A DNA stretch of 64,000 bases from Phoronis australis (taxonomy: Eukaryota > Animalia > Phoronida): positions 762,505 to 826,504 of the forward strand of contig NMRA01000093.1 of assembly GCA_002633005.1 (NCBI GenBank), in the 5' to 3' direction. The notes beneath the pieces were generated by a model. That model ran no database searches. It was not told where the DNA came from and was given only the letters and a program-made list of their open reading frames with translations. Positions 61,401 through 64,000 of the stretch are shown here, piece by piece (within the stretch, counting starts at the first letter, position 1; every line of letters starts with the position of its first letter). The position numbers and the translations under genes were made by a program.

Positions 61401-62914
61401 CGCATTTGTGGACTTTGTGCAAACGCTCATTGTCTTTTTTAACTTCTGTTATTTTTATTGATACGTCAAGTTTAATTACCTTCGATACATCAAAAGACTA
61501 ACATTTAAAAAATCTTCCTGTCTCCGGCCCATCCACAGACAACTGTTAAAACACAAATGATGAAGCAGCTGGATTAGACGGAAATGCTCTAATATAATCC
61601 AACTACTACAAGGGCCCAAATGCATAAAAGTTATACGTCGTATAGCAACAATGACGTCGCATTATCACGCGCCACGTTGTTATTGTTGAACAATTCACCT
61701 GACGTCATGCAACAATCAGACTTATCCAGCTGATGATTTTGATGTTTTATGCAACCCAGCCCGGTACTACAGCTATAACAGTCTACCAGTTAATTTTTTT
61801 ATACAATTGTACGTATTCTTATTTCGTCTAAATTTGCCTTGTAAAGGTTGTCTGCCGAGCTTGCATCTTCTGGATTATCAATATTATTGATAAAAACAGG
61901 GAGCTTTTCATGTAACGTCCGTATTTTAAGGACTTAGCCCTTGCTCATTTTCATTGAAATATGAACTCAGAATTAAGGACATAGTCCCTATTTATTTTCA
62001 TTGAAATTGCACTCAGTTTTACGTTATTAGAAAATGGCATAAGTAAAAGAGGAAGCCGTGATGAAAATTAATTGCTAGAAAAATATAACATAAGTGAGTG
62101 AACAAATTCTACAAATGTGCTGAAAATTTTAAACTTTTAAATGGCACATTCTTGAGATTTTATTGAGATTGTTTCATGCAACTGAGATATGATGATTTCT
62201 CACCATGGGTCTGAGGACAGTCAAGGAATGGAATTTGGTCGCCCGGCATGAGATTTAGTGACCGGGTATCGAGTGCTTTCAATGCTTGTGTGGAGTTTAG
62301 GGGCGCGGAACTGGAGTTTGTACCGCGTGTAGGTATTAGCTGGTCAGTGAGTTAAGTTTAAGAGATCGTAACAGATATTTAGAGGCGCGGCCATCGAATT
62401 TTCCCAGCACATGATATTGGCATTGCTGTAATCCTTTGTCAACGACTGTCCTGTATTTGCCTACCCACGGGGCTAAAACCATGGTCGCGCTCCCAAATTC
62501 CACCTATAACCCTGTATACAAACCCGCGCCCCTAAACATCCACACGCTCCAAAAATGCTCCACACGTCGACGAAGGTTTCAGTCTGGGAGCCAGTCCGTG
62601 TTATGAATGCTATGGAATCGTTTCCACACCACAGCCGCATGATACAAAAAATCACAATATTATAGGTGAGCGGAGGAATAATACTCCAAATTTTGTAAAC
62701 GTGGACATGATGAATATTACACCTGTTTGTAACTGTTACCGTCACCACTTGAGTAATACGTTGAATAGTAGGTACGCACTACTTCTCAGACTTTCTAAAC
62801 CTGTTGTTTTCAGGGTTTCTTCCTATGTTCGGCCCTTGCTACGTAAATTTGTATGGATCTACAAGAGAGTACTCATGTTTGCCTAACGAATATGAAGACT
62901 TAAATTTAGGCAAA
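46485..62914 (+). CDS. Ferlin family protein, myoferlin/dysferlin-like; 5' part (C2A, C2B, FerI, C2C), continues beyond the window
   Basis: Phase-consistent exons: 46485-46575 ([25 protein letters not shown]), 48069-48130 ([14 protein letters not shown]), 48534-48625 ([12 protein letters not shown]), 52039-52147, 52558-52642, 54350-54373 (micro-exon), 55370-55488 (SSKVQDFQ), then C2B exon(s) not found, then 57058-57108, 57447-57637 ([22 protein letters not shown]), 58702-58784 ([17 protein letters not shown]), 59988-60091 ([12 protein letters not shown]), 60786-60898 ([20 protein letters not shown]), 61184-61260, 62814-62914 ([20 protein letters not shown]). The family is certain; orthology within the ferlins cannot be resolved by eye. 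Confidence 0.9.
49130..50640 (-). mobile_element. Decayed, internally deleted HERO-like (RLE-type) non-LTR retrotransposon in ferlin intron 3
   Basis: Minus-strand remnants: [29 protein letters not shown] and [13 protein letters not shown] (RT domains); then [32 protein letters not shown] (PD-D/ExK restriction-like endonuclease) and VESVEDFG. Many stops. Confidence 0.8.
51240..51570 (-). mobile_element. Second HERO-like C-terminal (zinc-knuckle region) fragment
   Basis: Minus strand reads ..[13 protein letters not shown] / [26 protein letters not shown], resembling the C..C..GTL.HIL..C..AL..GRY.WRH.QVL motif. Confidence 0.55.
51975..52018. repeat. (GTT)n microsatellite before the ferlin exon-4 acceptor
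   Basis: Imperfect GTT run. Confidence 0.9.
53438..53868. mobile_element. Possible non-autonomous TTAA-targeting (Kolobok-type) element
   Basis: TCAA|AGGAGGC ... GTCTCCT|TTAA termini and an internal CCGCCATTTT motif. The TIR match is short. Confidence 0.35.
56174..57030. mobile_element. Internally deleted Kolobok-like DNA transposon remnant with a THAP domain
   Basis: A frameshifted THAP on the + strand and a convergent acidic ORF remnant on the - strand; a 16-bp inverted repeat lies upstream of each. The right end is at TTAA (57027-57030); the left end is lost in the N gap. Confidence 0.6.
56301..56535 (+). pseudogene. THAP zinc-finger domain remnant
   Basis: [10 protein letters not shown] in one frame, continuing after a frameshift as [29 protein letters not shown]. 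This gives the C2CH signature with the conserved P, W and F. Confidence 0.8.
58189..58410. repeat. Interspersed repeat; second copy at about 60132-60310
   Basis: Shared blocks AGCCTAAAA, TATGTGGACCTTTTACTAAAAA, TGAATTGTGCATTC and TGCCCACTTCG in the same order. Confidence 0.75.
59471..59624 (-). mobile_element. 154-bp MITE, reverse-complement copy of 46051-46204
   Basis: Same length and clearly alignable to the reverse complement of 46051-46204. Confidence 0.8.
60400..60590. repeat. Second, partial copy of the CGAAGTTTCG-palindrome repeat
   Basis: Aligns in direct orientation with 18312-18500. Confidence 0.7.
62231..62575. repeat. GC-rich fold-back (inverted repeat) element
   Basis: GTGTGGAGTTTAGGGGCGCGG (62288-62308) versus CCGCGCCCCTAAACATCCACAC (62524-62545), plus weaker nested inverted motifs. 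Confidence 0.6.
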
Positions 62915-64000
62915 GTGAGTGCATTCTGAATTAACGAGGCTGAGAATAGTCTGTTGAATCTCAGAGTGGAAATGGATAGTTGATAAAGTCCTCTGTGCAA
63001 TAAATTGTGGTAGGTCAGTACCTCGTCTAAACTATAGGCATATGCAGATCGCACATCGTTGAAAATTGGCCAGTTCGTCAGTCTACCATTTCCTAAGCCC
63101 AGTCAATGCATGCATAGCAGATCTCGGGAACAGTGTTCAGTTGTTGCATGCACGTACGCCAATAGCCTTTTTATACAAATTGCGCTTTTTAAATTCAACA
63201 TTTTTCGGAAGCAGCGTCTAGAAAACGAAGTATTATAAATTTAGAAATCACATATAAACACGAAACGATTTTGTGTGCCTTCTAAAGTCCTCAAAATTGA
63301 TTTTTTGCATTGTTTGTAGTGGTCGTGTCCGAAGTTATAAAAACGAATAGTAATCAATCCAAAGGCCAGCACAGACGACAAGATTTTTTGCAATAACGTT
63401 GCTAAAAAGTTGTATCAAGGGCGATGGTCCATAACAGCACTGAAAAATTCTCTAGTATTTAAGAACATCCTACGATGCGCATTTTTGGTACTGTTGTCCC
63501 CGGGCACAAAAATTGCTGTAACTACCAACGGAAAGGGAATATTAAAACCTAAAATATTGTAATATGTTGCAATACTTCGTCTGGAAATTTACTGAATGCC
63601 TTTTGCTCCAATTTTTAACTTCATTTGTTTCAAGTAAAAACAAAAAGTACCGTTTTGCAAAAAGTTATAAAGCTACAGTGCAAGGACCCCGTGATTGACA
63701 AGCACTTCGGCCAAAAGATACGCCGAATCTTCTACCGAGGTTCGCATGCGGCTTGGTTTTCGTGGGTGAATTTAGTCCAAGTTTGTTCTTGAACGGTGAC
63801 CTCAGAATTAAAGCTGATGAGTGCGACTTTGCACTCGAGTCTGTAGCTCGAATCTAGACTCAGTCAAATCCTAGCGAAGAATAAACCGTCAACGTAAAAC
63901 ATGCAGTGGACACGGGAATTACCTAAAATAGTCCCACCCAAAATGAGCCCATGGGCGTATTTTCGGAAAATGTTCCAGAAGTACGCCCCTGTGTGCGTAT

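Overview
AT-rich, intron-rich metazoan genomic DNA. It is probably a marine invertebrate deuterostome (inferred from intron positions and repeat types; the species cannot be determined here), from a draft assembly with N gaps. Three spliced genes can be reconstructed by hand. (1) The 3' 13 coding exons of RRP12 (+, 793-11699). (2) A complete 25-exon exportin-7 gene (-, 43056-16599, about 1095 aa) containing a clear U12-type AT-AC intron. (3) The 5' part of a myoferlin/dysferlin-like ferlin (+, from 46485, running off the window). The introns hold MITEs (hAT-like with 6-bp TSD, PIF/Harbinger), decayed CR1/L2-type and HERO-like non-LTR retrotransposons, a Kolobok-like THAP remnant, and Helentron-type elements whose internal tandem units each carry a CTCF-like motif. 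Two apparent exon duplications flank single Ns and look like uncollapsed haplotypes. The most interesting candidates are a structured cryptic or poison exon in XPO7, the element-borne CTCF-motif array, and the Kolobok-like remnant with mirrored promoter motifs. I found no prokaryote-type system (CRISPR, defence island), and most entries of the ORF track are spurious.
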